Assembly: GCA_016286775.1 (NCBI GenBank)
Contig: JAEEUA010000001.1
Coordinates: 105 to 64,104, forward strand
DNA length: 64,000 nt
Origin: Bacteroidales bacterium
GTDB lineage: Bacteria; Bacteroidota; Bacteroidia; Bacteroidales; UBA3663
Reading direction: 5' to 3'
Of the stretch, positions 36,783-45,888 are shown one piece after another (position 1 is the stretch's first letter; every line of letters starts with the position of its first letter). The translations under genes were made by a program, and so were the position numbers. The notes beneath the pieces were generated by a model, which had not been told where the DNA came from, did no database searches, and saw only the letters and a list, made by a program, of their open reading frames with translations.

Positions 36783-37496
36783 ATGAGATTGATAAAATGC
36801 TTTCTACTGGCGATGCTGCTGACTGTGCCCGTGCTTACATGGGCGCAGAATGATGCGTTGTCGGGGAAGGACACCATAGTCTCGATGCGGGAACTGCATC
36901 GACTGCATCGGGAGGAGAAGATTGCCCGTGGACCCTTGGGACGACGGGATATGGGGAATGGAAAGACCACTGTACTTTCACTTCGAAGCAACCTGCTCCG
37001 ATGGTTGACATTTACGCCAGATTTAGGTCTGGTGCTGCATTGCTCGCCGAGGGTGGATGTTCAGCTGAATGCGGCATGGACTTCGATGACGATATCAGAC
37101 AGATATCAGAAGAGATATGCCCTGTGGATTGTTTCGCCTGAGGTGAGGTATTATCTGGGTCAGAACCAACGGTATTATCTTGGGATTCAAGGTGAGGTGA
37201 GCCAACGCAATTATCGTCTGCGTGGTCGTGACGAAGGCAAGCAAGGAACCGTCTATGGCGGTGGTGTCGTTGGCGGATACCAGTGGCGCATCGGTCGCCA
37301 TACGAGCCTCGACCTCCATATCGGTGCAGGATTTAATGCAGGCAGGATGAGTCATTATGACAATAATTCGCTTTTTGATGGCCAGAAGCCATCGCGTACC
37401 TTTCTGCGCAAAGAGGATGAACATTGGTTCGGCATCAATCATCTGGGCGTGAGCCTGGTCTGGGACCTTTATGGTCGGAAAGGAGATGGGCGATGA
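36783..37496 (+). CDS. DUF3575-like outer-membrane beta-barrel protein (cluster gene 1)
   Basis: Signal peptide MRLIKCFLLAMLLTVPVLTWAQ. LRSNLLRWLTFTPDLGL...ALWIVSPEVRYYLG...YYLGIQG...GGYQWRIGRHTSLDLHIGAGF follows the DUF3575 strand pattern as I recall it. Confidence 0.6.
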   Translation: MRLIKCFLLAMLLTVPVLTWAQNDALSGKDTIVSMRELHRLHREEKIARGPLGRRDMGNGKTTVLSLRSNLLRWLTFTPDLGLVLHCSPRVDVQLNAAWTSMTISDRYQKRYALWIVSPEVRYYLGQNQRYYLGIQGEVSQRNYRLRGRDEGKQGTVYGGGVVGGYQWRIGRHTSLDLHIGAGFNAGRMSHYDNNSLFDGQKPSRTFLRKEDEHWFGINHLGVSLVWDLYGRKGDGR

Positions 37497-38419
37497 AACG
37501 TACTTGGATGGTTCTGATGCTGGCGACAATGGCTCTGTGGCTGACAGGTTGCCGCATCTTCGATGTTGAGGACGACCTGTATGATATCGACAAGGAGCAG
37601 GCTACGGTGTCACTACAACTGTTCTATGTGGAGCATTCGACTGACCGAGCAGATGTGCTGCCTTCGTCGTATGGCATCCGGATTTATAGCGATAGCGAAC
37701 TCCCGAATCCATCGATCCAGTTCGTGAGCGCAAGGGATGGAAAGTCTTTTACGAATACGTTGAACAGGTCGGTTGACACGCTTTCATACAACGGGTATCT
37801 GCAGCCTGGAAGTTATAAGCTGCTGACGTATAACAATGCCCGAGGCTTCAAGGTGGATGCCACTTCGGCTGAGGTCGAACGGCATGGAACGTCTATCTTG
37901 GCGATGCCAGAGTCATTGTATCTGGGCTCATGGTTGGAACAGTTGACGGGTGGAGAACAGTACAGTACGGATGTGCAAGTGCGGCAACGTACGCGACGGC
38001 TGACCTTCCACGTGGAGCTGGAGATGAGCGATATGCTGACGTACGTGTCGGGCACGGGCAGTTTGAGCAATGTCTGCTACCGGCTTGATATTGCGAAGGA
38101 CTCCATCGATCCAACTTGTCTTGCCACTATGCCACTTGCCTGGCAGGTGGGGACGGTAGCGGCAGGCGACGGAACAAAGACTGTCGAACTGGTCTGCGAG
38201 GCCAATGTGCTGAGCCCCTCGGCGGCTGAATTTGCAACTATGGGGGTGGGGCAAACTTTGACGATGGAGATTCGTCTTGCCGGGCCTTCTGGCGAGAAGA
38301 TGGTTGAGTTTAGCTTTGAGCATGCTTTGGACGAGGCTTATCGACTGGGATATGTGGAGGCTACCGGGGATCTTTGGTGCATTGAGCACTATGAATGGAG
38401 GCGTCGGGTCGGTGTTTAG
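37493..38419 (+). CDS. Lipoprotein, FimB/Mfa2-like (type V pilus anchor-like) (cluster gene 2)
   Basis: ATGA overlap with gene 1. The lipobox is MALWLTGC. PESLYLGSW...VQVRQRTRRLTFHVEL resembles the LYYG...V-x-L-x-R-x-T-x-L-x-V pattern of Mfa2-family proteins. The assignment is weak and motif-level only. Confidence 0.45.
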   Translation: MKRTWMVLMLATMALWLTGCRIFDVEDDLYDIDKEQATVSLQLFYVEHSTDRADVLPSSYGIRIYSDSELPNPSIQFVSARDGKSFTNTLNRSVDTLSYNGYLQPGSYKLLTYNNARGFKVDATSAEVERHGTSILAMPESLYLGSWLEQLTGGEQYSTDVQVRQRTRRLTFHVELEMSDMLTYVSGTGSLSNVCYRLDIAKDSIDPTCLATMPLAWQVGTVAAGDGTKTVELVCEANVLSPSAAEFATMGVGQTLTMEIRLAGPSGEKMVEFSFEHALDEAYRLGYVEATGDLWCIEHYEWRRRVGV

Positions 38420-38420
38420 G

Positions 38421-38612
38421 GCGGCCAAGAACGGCCGCTGCGGGGACGATGAGCAGCCAAAGATGGCTGCTGCTGGGACACTGATAGCCATGGATGGCTG
38501 CGTTTGGACGATGAGCAGCCAAACTTGGCTGCCGCTTGGACACTGATAGCCATGGACGGCTGTGGTTAGGACGATGAGCAGCCAAACTTGGCTGCGGCAG
38601 GGACGGGGCGGT
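38421..38612 (+). repeat. Composite hairpin-repeat array with a period of about 62-63 bp
   Basis: Hairpins start at 38421 (GCGGCC variant), 38453, 38515 and 38578. Secondary AGCCATGGA(T/C)GGCT hairpins lie between them. Whole units are repeated, including the inter-hairpin sequence. Confidence 0.75.
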
Positions 38613-38646
38613 TGTTTTCGGGACGCTATATTATATATTATGTGTG

Positions 38647-39858
38647 ATGTTTGATAGATTTTTGAAGATAATTGCTGTTGTGATGGGCCTGCTGATGGTG
38701 GGCTGGGCTGCTGACGTGCGTGCGCAGTTCCACGAGATGGAATCGCTGCCGTGGGTGCCCGCACGACCAGAGGGGAAGGCAATCAGCAATGGAGGCGGCG
38801 GTGCCGTGTTGGATGAACTGGCGGCTGCCTTGCAACAAAAAGAATATAAACAGGTGGTTGATAAGTACTATCCGCTGGCAATCAGCGGAGGCTTTCAGCG
38901 AAATACGAACCTCTATAACCAGACGCGTCGCGCATTGAGACAGATTCTGCAGACGGATGAGGGTGCGGCCTATTGGAACAAGATGGAAAAACTGTATCAC
39001 GAGCGCTACGCGAATATCGGGAAGGATGAGTATCGATACCGTAATACGCTGGAGACGGCAGCCTGGTGTGATGAACAGCTCGACAATGAGCAGTTGCTAA
39101 TGCTGTCGAAACGGGAAGGAGGCATGGAGGCCTGCTTTGATCGTGCCCATCAGATCTTGAGCCGTCGGCAGGGCAAGGCCGATCCTGTGATTGTGCTGCA
39201 GGGCATGTTTGTTCCGTTGAACCGCGAGCATGCGGCGCATCCTGAGCGTGGAAAGAGCTACGTGAACCGCTATAGTGACATCGTACGTTGGCTGGATGTG
39301 ACGGAAACGTTCATGAAACAAGAGCACGATGCAGACTATCAGACCTATTATAATAAGCAGACCTTGGCGATGGTTCGCGATGAGAGCGAGCGTCAAGTGA
39401 ATGCCGATGCTTCGATAGCTGCGTTTGAGGCACATCGTATTGAACTGCAGGACCAAATGCGCCAACAGGCTGATCTGCTCGATGCCGAGACACGTTCACA
39501 GCGCTTGTATGCCGAGGCGGTGGGGTGCTATCAGAAGAATGACTATGGAGAAGCCTATCAGCGAGTCAACGAAGTGCTGGCTGCCAATGACAAGATGAAG
39601 GAAGCTCATATCCTGAAGTCGAATATCCTGCAACGTGCGGCCAATGCGAGCAACAAGATGGCTGATAAGGTGGCTTTCTGGTGTGCGGCATATGAGGCTG
39701 GACAGGGATATGTGGACCGCAAGACGCAGCGTCATATCATCTCGGCTTTGAAGAGCCATCTGTTTATGACGGGTCTGGCCGGGCAGGTGCATTCGACGCG
39801 CAATCCCTTCAGCATCCGACAGCGGATATGGACTGTTGAGGAGCTGAGGGAGAAGTAG
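38647..39858 (+). CDS. Secreted all-alpha protein with a TPR-like segment, unknown function (cluster gene 3)
   Basis: Signal peptide MFDRFLKIIAVVMGLLMVGWAADVRAQ. Helical composition. AEAVGCYQKNDYGEAYQRVNEVLAANDKMKEAHILKSNIL is TPR-like. Confidence 0.5.
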   Translation: MFDRFLKIIAVVMGLLMVGWAADVRAQFHEMESLPWVPARPEGKAISNGGGGAVLDELAAALQQKEYKQVVDKYYPLAISGGFQRNTNLYNQTRRALRQILQTDEGAAYWNKMEKLYHERYANIGKDEYRYRNTLETAAWCDEQLDNEQLLMLSKREGGMEACFDRAHQILSRRQGKADPVIVLQGMFVPLNREHAAHPERGKSYVNRYSDIVRWLDVTETFMKQEHDADYQTYYNKQTLAMVRDESERQVNADASIAAFEAHRIELQDQMRQQADLLDAETRSQRLYAEAVGCYQKNDYGEAYQRVNEVLAANDKMKEAHILKSNILQRAANASNKMADKVAFWCAAYEAGQGYVDRKTQRHIISALKSHLFMTGLAGQVHSTRNPFSIRQRIWTVEELREK

Positions 39859-39859
39859 G

Positions 39860-40090
39860 GCAGCCAAGCTTGGCTGCGACTTGGACGGAAGGCAGCCATA
39901 CACGGCTGCCGACGGAAACGCGGACATGGACAAAGACGGTCGCTGGCGGAGACACGGAGGGCAGCCAAGCACGGCTGCCGACGGAGACGCGGACTTGGAC
40001 AAGGACGGCTGCTGGCCGAGACGAGGAGGGCAGCCAAACATGGCTGCCGGCGGTGACACTGGAGGCGGACAAGGACGGCTGCTGACGGGG
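39860..40090 (+). repeat. Composite hairpin-repeat array with a 69-bp period
   Basis: One hairpin is at 39860-39877. Then three units begin at 39891, 39960 and 40029 (GGCAGCCA-N6-GGCTGCC followed by GACGGA(A/G)ACGCGGAC(A/T)TGGACAA(A/G)GACGG...). Confidence 0.75.
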
Positions 40091-40104
40091 ATATATAGAC
40101 AGAA

Positions 40105-42129
40105 ATGAGAAGAACAATTGAGATAATAATCATACTGGGGACGCTGCTGTGGGCAGGTCTGGGGGCGCGTGCCCTGGGACAGACGCCCTATCGCAGCGTT
40201 AGCTTGGATCGTGATGGTGTGAGCTGGACGTCTTACCTTACCTGGTGGATGGATCTGGCGGATCTGGCATTGGGAGCACCCAATGTCGGGGTGGATGTGG
40301 ACCTGCGAAATCCTCAGCGAATGTGGACCCAGTCGGTGGCTTTACAGTTCAGGACAGGAGCCGATAGCCAATATAAGCTGTGGAGAGGAGATTACAAGGG
40401 AAGTGTCTTGGACAATTTTGGCGTGCAGGCGCAGTATCGTGTTCACTTCAGTCCCTATAAGCATCCTGAATATCATAAGGGACGCTATTACGTGGGTCCC
40501 TATCTCGAATACCAGACGCTCAAGAAGCATTCGAATGCCGGTGTCGTATTGGGGTATGATTTTCCCGGAGTCAGCTGGGGCAATCGATATTTCCTGGAGT
40601 TTTCGGGTGGAGGAAACATTGGCTATAACCTCGACAAGAAGGGTTTGGTCGATCTGCATTTTGCAGTGGGTTTCCGCACATTGAGTATAGCAGGCAAGTA
40701 TTGGCGGCCCGACGAAATGCAATTTGTGCGCAACAACCTTTCGAACGAGATCGCCCAGAACCGGATTGATTCTCTGTTGGGTGAGATGACTGCTGCTCCG
40801 GTGACGCTGAACGTCAAGAGCGCAGCAGGAGACTCGTTGCTTGCCGAGCCTGTCACGATTGAAGATGTGCGCAGAGCATTCTCGCTGCAGTATAATGACC
40901 CGTATCTGGTGGTGGGTAAACTGGAAGAGATGAAGGAGAACAGTCCTCTGCCCATGACGATGCCCAGCGAATATAACAATGTGCTCTACCGTTTGAGCCT
41001 GCTGCCCAAGGATTACGACAGTGAGGCAGGCGAAGCCACCTATATCATGCCTTTCCGAGTTCGGATTGAAGGCTATGACGAAGCCCTGGCACGCAGGAGC
41101 AGCTTCAATTCGGCTTTACGAGGAGCCTATCAGGAAGCGGGCAAACGACTGCCAGCGCTGCTCCTGAAGCCTGCCAGCATGGATTCGCTGGCCGAGACAG
41201 CCAGCGTCGAGCAGGTGATGAAGCTCTTCGATGGACATTGGAAGAAAGAAACACTGAAGGAGCAGGAGGTTGTTGGCCTCTTTTATCGGCAGGATGGAGA
41301 GTTTCAGCCCATCCTGGCTGAAGATATGAACAAAAAAGGAACCTACGCCATTGCGTTGAAGTTCCATCCGCAGGTGTTCGAGTCGTATGATTCTCTGGTT
41401 ACGCGGTTCACCATCCTTCCTGACATCAGCAACCGAGATCAGGAGATGTACGACCGTTTCCTGGAAGTCTATAACAAACAGACGTTCTATGTGGAGCGTC
41501 CCTGGCGCAACGGCAAGGAGAAGACAGTCACCGAGGATGACGTGATTGCTGCTCTCGATCGGGGAGGCATGACTGGATATACCGAGGATCAGATAGAACT
41601 CCCCGATAGCATCCACTACGGACGCAATGTGGGCACGACAACCTATGGACCGGCCTTGCAGCCGCTGCAGTTCATCTTTGTAGTGGAAGATTCGGTTGGA
41701 ATGCGTCAAGGAACCCGGATGCTGGAAGCCCTGACAGCAGGCGTCGATGCACGACGTGCTACCTGGAACACAACCTATGGGCTTGATGCACATGGACCGC
41801 TTCTGGCTGGCAAATACAAGACCGAGGCAAAGGACGAATTTGATGAGCCGGAGCTGGAGGTGGCCGACCGTGAGGAACTGCTGAGGCAGGTAAGCGAGTA
41901 CCTGGTCAAGATCGATCCTTCGCTTGAAGGATTGAAAATCGAGGACGACTGGGTAGTGAATTATGAATATACGGGGTTGCACGGACTGAAGGCAAATGAT
42001 ACCCATCCTGACGGTACGGTCTGGACGGTACTTCAGTTCAGGTATCGCCTGTTGTATTTGGACGGACGTCCGAGGGTGGCCACGGCTAATGTGGCGTATC
42101 GGATTGCACCGCCGGAGGCGGCTCATTGA
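40105..42129 (+). CDS. Secreted protein with an N-terminal DUF3575-like module and a roughly 470-aa unknown extension (cluster gene 4)
   Basis: The signal peptide IIIILGTLLWAGLGARALGQ is nearly identical to that of gene 5. APNVGVDVDL...QAQYRVHFSPY...YYVGPYLEY...GVVLGYDF...FLEFSGGGNIGY follows the DUF3575-like strand pattern. Confidence 0.5.
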   Translation: MRRTIEIIIILGTLLWAGLGARALGQTPYRSVSLDRDGVSWTSYLTWWMDLADLALGAPNVGVDVDLRNPQRMWTQSVALQFRTGADSQYKLWRGDYKGSVLDNFGVQAQYRVHFSPYKHPEYHKGRYYVGPYLEYQTLKKHSNAGVVLGYDFPGVSWGNRYFLEFSGGGNIGYNLDKKGLVDLHFAVGFRTLSIAGKYWRPDEMQFVRNNLSNEIAQNRIDSLLGEMTAAPVTLNVKSAAGDSLLAEPVTIEDVRRAFSLQYNDPYLVVGKLEEMKENSPLPMTMPSEYNNVLYRLSLLPKDYDSEAGEATYIMPFRVRIEGYDEALARRSSFNSALRGAYQEAGKRLPALLLKPASMDSLAETASVEQVMKLFDGHWKKETLKEQEVVGLFYRQDGEFQPILAEDMNKKGTYAIALKFHPQVFESYDSLVTRFTILPDISNRDQEMYDRFLEVYNKQTFYVERPWRNGKEKTVTEDDVIAALDRGGMTGYTEDQIELPDSIHYGRNVGTTTYGPALQPLQFIFVVEDSVGMRQGTRMLEALTAGVDARRATWNTTYGLDAHGPLLAGKYKTEAKDEFDEPELEVADREELLRQVSEYLVKIDPSLEGLKIEDDWVVNYEYTGLHGLKANDTHPDGTVWTVLQFRYRLLYLDGRPRVATANVAYRIAPPEAAH

Positions 42130-42140
42130 TTGGAGATCGA

Positions 42141-42158
42141 GCAGCCAAACTTGGCTGC
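42141..42158 (+). repeat. Single hairpin element
   Basis: GCAGCCAAACTTGGCTGC, followed by GGACAGGGAC. Confidence 0.65.
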
Positions 42159-42185
42159 GGACAGGGACTTAATTAAAAGACAAGA

Positions 42186-42698
42186 ATGACAAGAACAAAA
42201 TGGATAGGGATACTGATCGGGACTTTGCTGTGGGCAGGTCTGGGGCGTTGTGCACAGGCACAGACTGTGGTGGTGCATAGCAACGCTCTGCTGTGGGCAG
42301 CAAAGTGCGCCAATGTGGGTGTTGATCTGACTGTGAATGACTACCAGAGCATCGGCGTAACTGGCCTTGTGACGATGGGGGACAGCTGGATCAAGAAGAT
42401 GAATGGTTCGGGTTTGCAGCTTGATTACCGGTTCTGGTTCAAGCGCAAGCTGTTTCAGGATTTCTTCTTCGGACCACAGCTGGGACTGTATCACTATCGG
42501 AAGGATGGGGAAGACAGCAGCGTTCAGCGGCATACGGCCTTGACTGCAGGCTTCGTGAGCGGCTATGGCTGGATGATCAACCGACACTGGAACGTGGACG
42601 TAACCATGGGTGCCGGCTATCTCCTCTATGCTGACCCTAACCAACATCATAAATTCGTACCGACTAATCTGGGCGCCAATATATCGTATGTTTTCTAA
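42186..42698 (+). CDS. DUF3575-like outer-membrane beta-barrel protein (cluster gene 5)
   Basis: 170 aa with signal peptide IGILIGTLLWAGLGRCAQAQ. SNALLWAAKCANVGVDL...LQLDYRFWF...FFFGPQLGLYHY...GFVSGYGWMINRHWNVDVTMGAGY...NISYVF (C-terminal Phe). Confidence 0.6.
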   Translation: MTRTKWIGILIGTLLWAGLGRCAQAQTVVVHSNALLWAAKCANVGVDLTVNDYQSIGVTGLVTMGDSWIKKMNGSGLQLDYRFWFKRKLFQDFFFGPQLGLYHYRKDGEDSSVQRHTALTAGFVSGYGWMINRHWNVDVTMGAGYLLYADPNQHHKFVPTNLGANISYVF

Positions 42699-42729
42699 TC
42701 TATCGCATCTACAAGCATGGCGCACAAAG

Positions 42730-45700
42730 ATGGCGCTTGTCGGACTTCTGCTATTAGCAGGAGCAAGATGCTATGCGCAATATGATGCCTTGCCGATGGT
42801 GATCCTGAATGCCGATGGCAAGGACCTCACCGATGAAACAGGTCGCGCGTGGGACCCTGAGGATGGTGTGTGGATGCCTTCATCACATGATCTGAGCGAC
42901 CGAACTGACCTCGAGGTATTTGTCACCAACGAAGTGTGTGCCGACTCGATCGTGGTCTGGAGTCATGAACACAATGCCCGCAACACGAGGCTTTTGCAAG
43001 GCTTCGTAAACGAGTATCGCCAACGCGGCTGGAGACTGCAGCGACAGGGTGAGACCTATAATCTGGCCGACGTGAATGCCATTGCAGAAGACATCTACTA
43101 TCGCTATGGCTATCTGGTCGATTACTGGTGCCGCGAAACGGGCGATACGCGAGGCATCTATTCGGTTGCTCTCGTCCTTCATCCTATGGAGAGCAGCCGC
43201 TTCGAAATGATTGTGCTGAACGAGAAGGTCACGAAGTATGATGGCGATGAACCCTATTGCCCGCTCTACTACAAGAACCGCACCGTGCTCGAGAATGTGA
43301 ACAAGGTGCAGCGCGTGACGACGTTCCATAAGAAGCGCAGACAGGCACAGAGCAGCGGGTCTTGGCTGACTTTCGACGAACATTTCAACTTCCGTGGCCC
43401 TACAGACAGAAGGCTTGTTGTGGAGCGTATCATCGAAGCCTGTATCTTCGGAGAGGACTTTGACCGTCTGGATGCGCGTTTGAAGGGTAATGCTGCAGCC
43501 CAACGATTGAACCAGCAGCTCATGGATCATCATGGCAAAGCACTCGATACCAGCTATGTGCTGGAACCGATGGTTTTCTCGGGCTATCGATTCCAGGCTA
43601 CCAAGCAACGCCAGATGCGCGATGACCTGATGCGCGATACGATGGAGTATTATCGAAAGAAGACTCAGGATATCTTCGAGCAGATGGGGAACTGGGTGGA
43701 GTATCGCGAGGTGGAATCGGACACGACAACGTATCTGGTACCGCGTCCCTTGTGGCGACTGCTGCTTCGCTATCCCAGCTTCGATCAGCTTCGTGGGGAA
43801 CTGCGCAAAGCTGCTCCTCAATTGCCCTTGTCTGTCTCCGATCAGGACACGACAGAAGCGTACACCATCAGTACGCCCACTGAACTCTATCATCGGTTTG
43901 AGGAATATATTGCACGAGGCCACAAGATGGCTGACAAACGTGCCATATCGAGCGAATCAGAACTGGTGGATGGCTATATCCGCCACATCAACCAGATGGA
44001 CATCTACCCCTTGAAGCAGGAAAGTCGTCAGGTACGAATTGAACATCGGCAGGAGGGCGATTCTTCGCGCTATAGGATGCCGATGCAGCTGGTTCCCTAT
44101 GGCAAGGACACTGTGCTGCACTATCGCTGGCAGATGCCTGACCGGCATCGCTTCTACCAGATGCGACACGTGAACTATCTGCATGACTTTGTGCATGCTG
44201 ATACGACACACACAGATGAATGCTCGTGTGAGCGACAGATGCCCCTGCAGTTCCTTTCGGTGTCGGCACGACCTGCCGACTTCGATTGCCCACCTCGTCG
44301 GCATTCGGGCACCGATGAAGTCGTCACCTTCAGACCCCGAGAGCGCGGTGAGGTACAGGATGTGACCTACCAGCTGTCGCTCAGCTTCGACCAGAACAGC
44401 ACCAAGATTGACTTGAAACGCGGCAATAACCAGCAGCAGCTGGATAGCCTGATTGCGAAGGCATACGAGATTACCCATGGCGAGATCGAGAACACCATTC
44501 AGAGCGTGGGCATCGTCGGTGTGTCGTCGCCCGAAGGTCTGCGTTATCATAACCGTCTTATCTCGCATGGACGCAGCCAAGCAATTATCGAAAAACTGCG
44601 TCAGATGGGTGGTGAAGACCTTCGTTTTGCGCGTTTCAACATTGAGAAGGATTCGGTTGCACCATGGAGTGCCGTGGCAGACCTGATCGATGAAATGCAT
44701 CCCGAGTTCCATAGCACTGCAGAACATGTGCGTGAAGTCATCAAGGGCGATGACCCCGAGAATACAACCCAACAACAGAAACGTCTGGGCTATTCGAATG
44801 GTGCCGATCCAATCATCGCCGAAGCGTTGGAGAAGCTGCGTCTGGCACAGGTTACGTATTCGTACAAGGCTCTACGTGAGACTCCGAGCGAGAAGATTCT
44901 GAATTTCTATCGAGACAGGTATGATGCTTCGCGCTGGCCATCGTATTATTTCTATGTGCTGCTTCGTTCAGATCAGTTGACACAAGAAGAAAAACTTGAA
45001 CTGGCCCAGCGGCTGCTCACAATCAAGGCATCAGATGTACGCCGATATGGCCGCGATATGCATCCGCATGACAGCTATGGACTGGTTCTGCCATACGCCG
45101 CCAACCTGTTGGCAGCTGAGGCAATTTCGGAAGGAAATTATGACCGTTCGATTTTGGCTCCGTTCATCAATACCCAGTATTTCCAGGGCAATCTGCCCTG
45201 CTATATCGAGAATGACCCGGACACACCCGTCAAGTTCATCAACCTGGATGTGATACTTTACAACCAGGTGCTGATGCTGAGTGGCATTGGGACGCCCGAG
45301 GCCATCCAAGAGGCTCATGAACTAGCAGATATACTGGAGAATACGCCTACGATGTCGGGTCTTTTCCACGACACTTATCGCCCAGAACTATTGGAGATGC
45401 TGCTCAACAGCCAGAGCGGCCGGTTCGTGCTGGATGACGAGAATGCAGAAATTATTCGCAATACGAACATCTGCAATTTCTTTGTTGTTAACATGGCGCT
45501 TATTCACCAGGCCGTGGATGGAGAACTGCTTGACATTGCAGCCAATGGAGAAGCGCTTGAACTAATGCAGCAGTGCTGTGACAGCCTGATGTCCCTTCAG
45601 CGACAGATGAATGACCAGCCGGCAGCACTCTACTTTACAGCTGTCACCGAGGCATGGGCATCTGAGGCCGGCATCTATACGAACAGGGACGAGCATTATG

Positions 45701-45888
45701 ACCGTGCCGTGGCGGCCTTATCGCAACTCTTCGGCAAGCAGGGCGATCCGGCTTATCTGGAACGTGTACAGGGTGATAGTTACGTGCGAGGCATCTATCG
45801 TGATGCCAAGGCGATACGAGAAGGAATGGACCTCTATCTGGAGGCTGTGGAACAATATATAAAACTACGGACACATGAGGAGGAATAG
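42730..45888 (+). CDS. Large secreted protein (1052 aa) with an embedded OmpA-like 'SPEG' segment (cluster gene 6)
   Basis: ATG 42730 gives the signal peptide MALVGLLLLAGARCYAQ. In the mid-region, LSLSFDQNSTKIDL...QLDSLI...IQSVGIVGVSSPEGLRYHNRLISHGRSQAIIEKL resembles the F-x-x-NS...I-x-I-x-G-x-ASPEG-x4-N-x2-LS-x2-R module seen with DUF3575 proteins. Confidence 0.55.
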   Translation: MALVGLLLLAGARCYAQYDALPMVILNADGKDLTDETGRAWDPEDGVWMPSSHDLSDRTDLEVFVTNEVCADSIVVWSHEHNARNTRLLQGFVNEYRQRGWRLQRQGETYNLADVNAIAEDIYYRYGYLVDYWCRETGDTRGIYSVALVLHPMESSRFEMIVLNEKVTKYDGDEPYCPLYYKNRTVLENVNKVQRVTTFHKKRRQAQSSGSWLTFDEHFNFRGPTDRRLVVERIIEACIFGEDFDRLDARLKGNAAAQRLNQQLMDHHGKALDTSYVLEPMVFSGYRFQATKQRQMRDDLMRDTMEYYRKKTQDIFEQMGNWVEYREVESDTTTYLVPRPLWRLLLRYPSFDQLRGELRKAAPQLPLSVSDQDTTEAYTISTPTELYHRFEEYIARGHKMADKRAISSESELVDGYIRHINQMDIYPLKQESRQVRIEHRQEGDSSRYRMPMQLVPYGKDTVLHYRWQMPDRHRFYQMRHVNYLHDFVHADTTHTDECSCERQMPLQFLSVSARPADFDCPPRRHSGTDEVVTFRPRERGEVQDVTYQLSLSFDQNSTKIDLKRGNNQQQLDSLIAKAYEITHGEIENTIQSVGIVGVSSPEGLRYHNRLISHGRSQAIIEKLRQMGGEDLRFARFNIEKDSVAPWSAVADLIDEMHPEFHSTAEHVREVIKGDDPENTTQQQKRLGYSNGADPIIAEALEKLRLAQVTYSYKALRETPSEKILNFYRDRYDASRWPSYYFYVLLRSDQLTQEEKLELAQRLLTIKASDVRRYGRDMHPHDSYGLVLPYAANLLAAEAISEGNYDRSILAPFINTQYFQGNLPCYIENDPDTPVKFINLDVILYNQVLMLSGIGTPEAIQEAHELADILENTPTMSGLFHDTYRPELLEMLLNSQSGRFVLDDENAEIIRNTNICNFFVVNMALIHQAVDGELLDIAANGEALELMQQCCDSLMSLQRQMNDQPAALYFTAVTEAWASEAGIYTNRDEHYDRAVAALSQLFGKQGDPAYLERVQGDSYVRGIYRDAKAIREGMDLYLEAVEQYIKLRTHEEE

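Noticed and set aside
38421-40090. CRISPR array hypothesis for the 56-69-bp periodic hairpin arrays (also 50966..51181)
   Set aside because: The inter-hairpin segments are themselves repeated between units, so there are no unique spacers. The repeats are imperfect, the arrays have only 2-4 units, and no cas genes are present in the window.
37928-40133. ORFs running through the hairpin arrays (37928..38782-, 38277..38546+, 38361..38585-, 39496..40059-, 39732..40133-, 39809..40117-, 39870..40085+, 39881..40108+)
   Set aside because: Their sequences are translations of the tandem repeats (recurring ...QPSLAA..., ...SQVWLLIV..., ...MAA...). They overlap one another in several frames and are antisense to, or extend into, well-supported genes.
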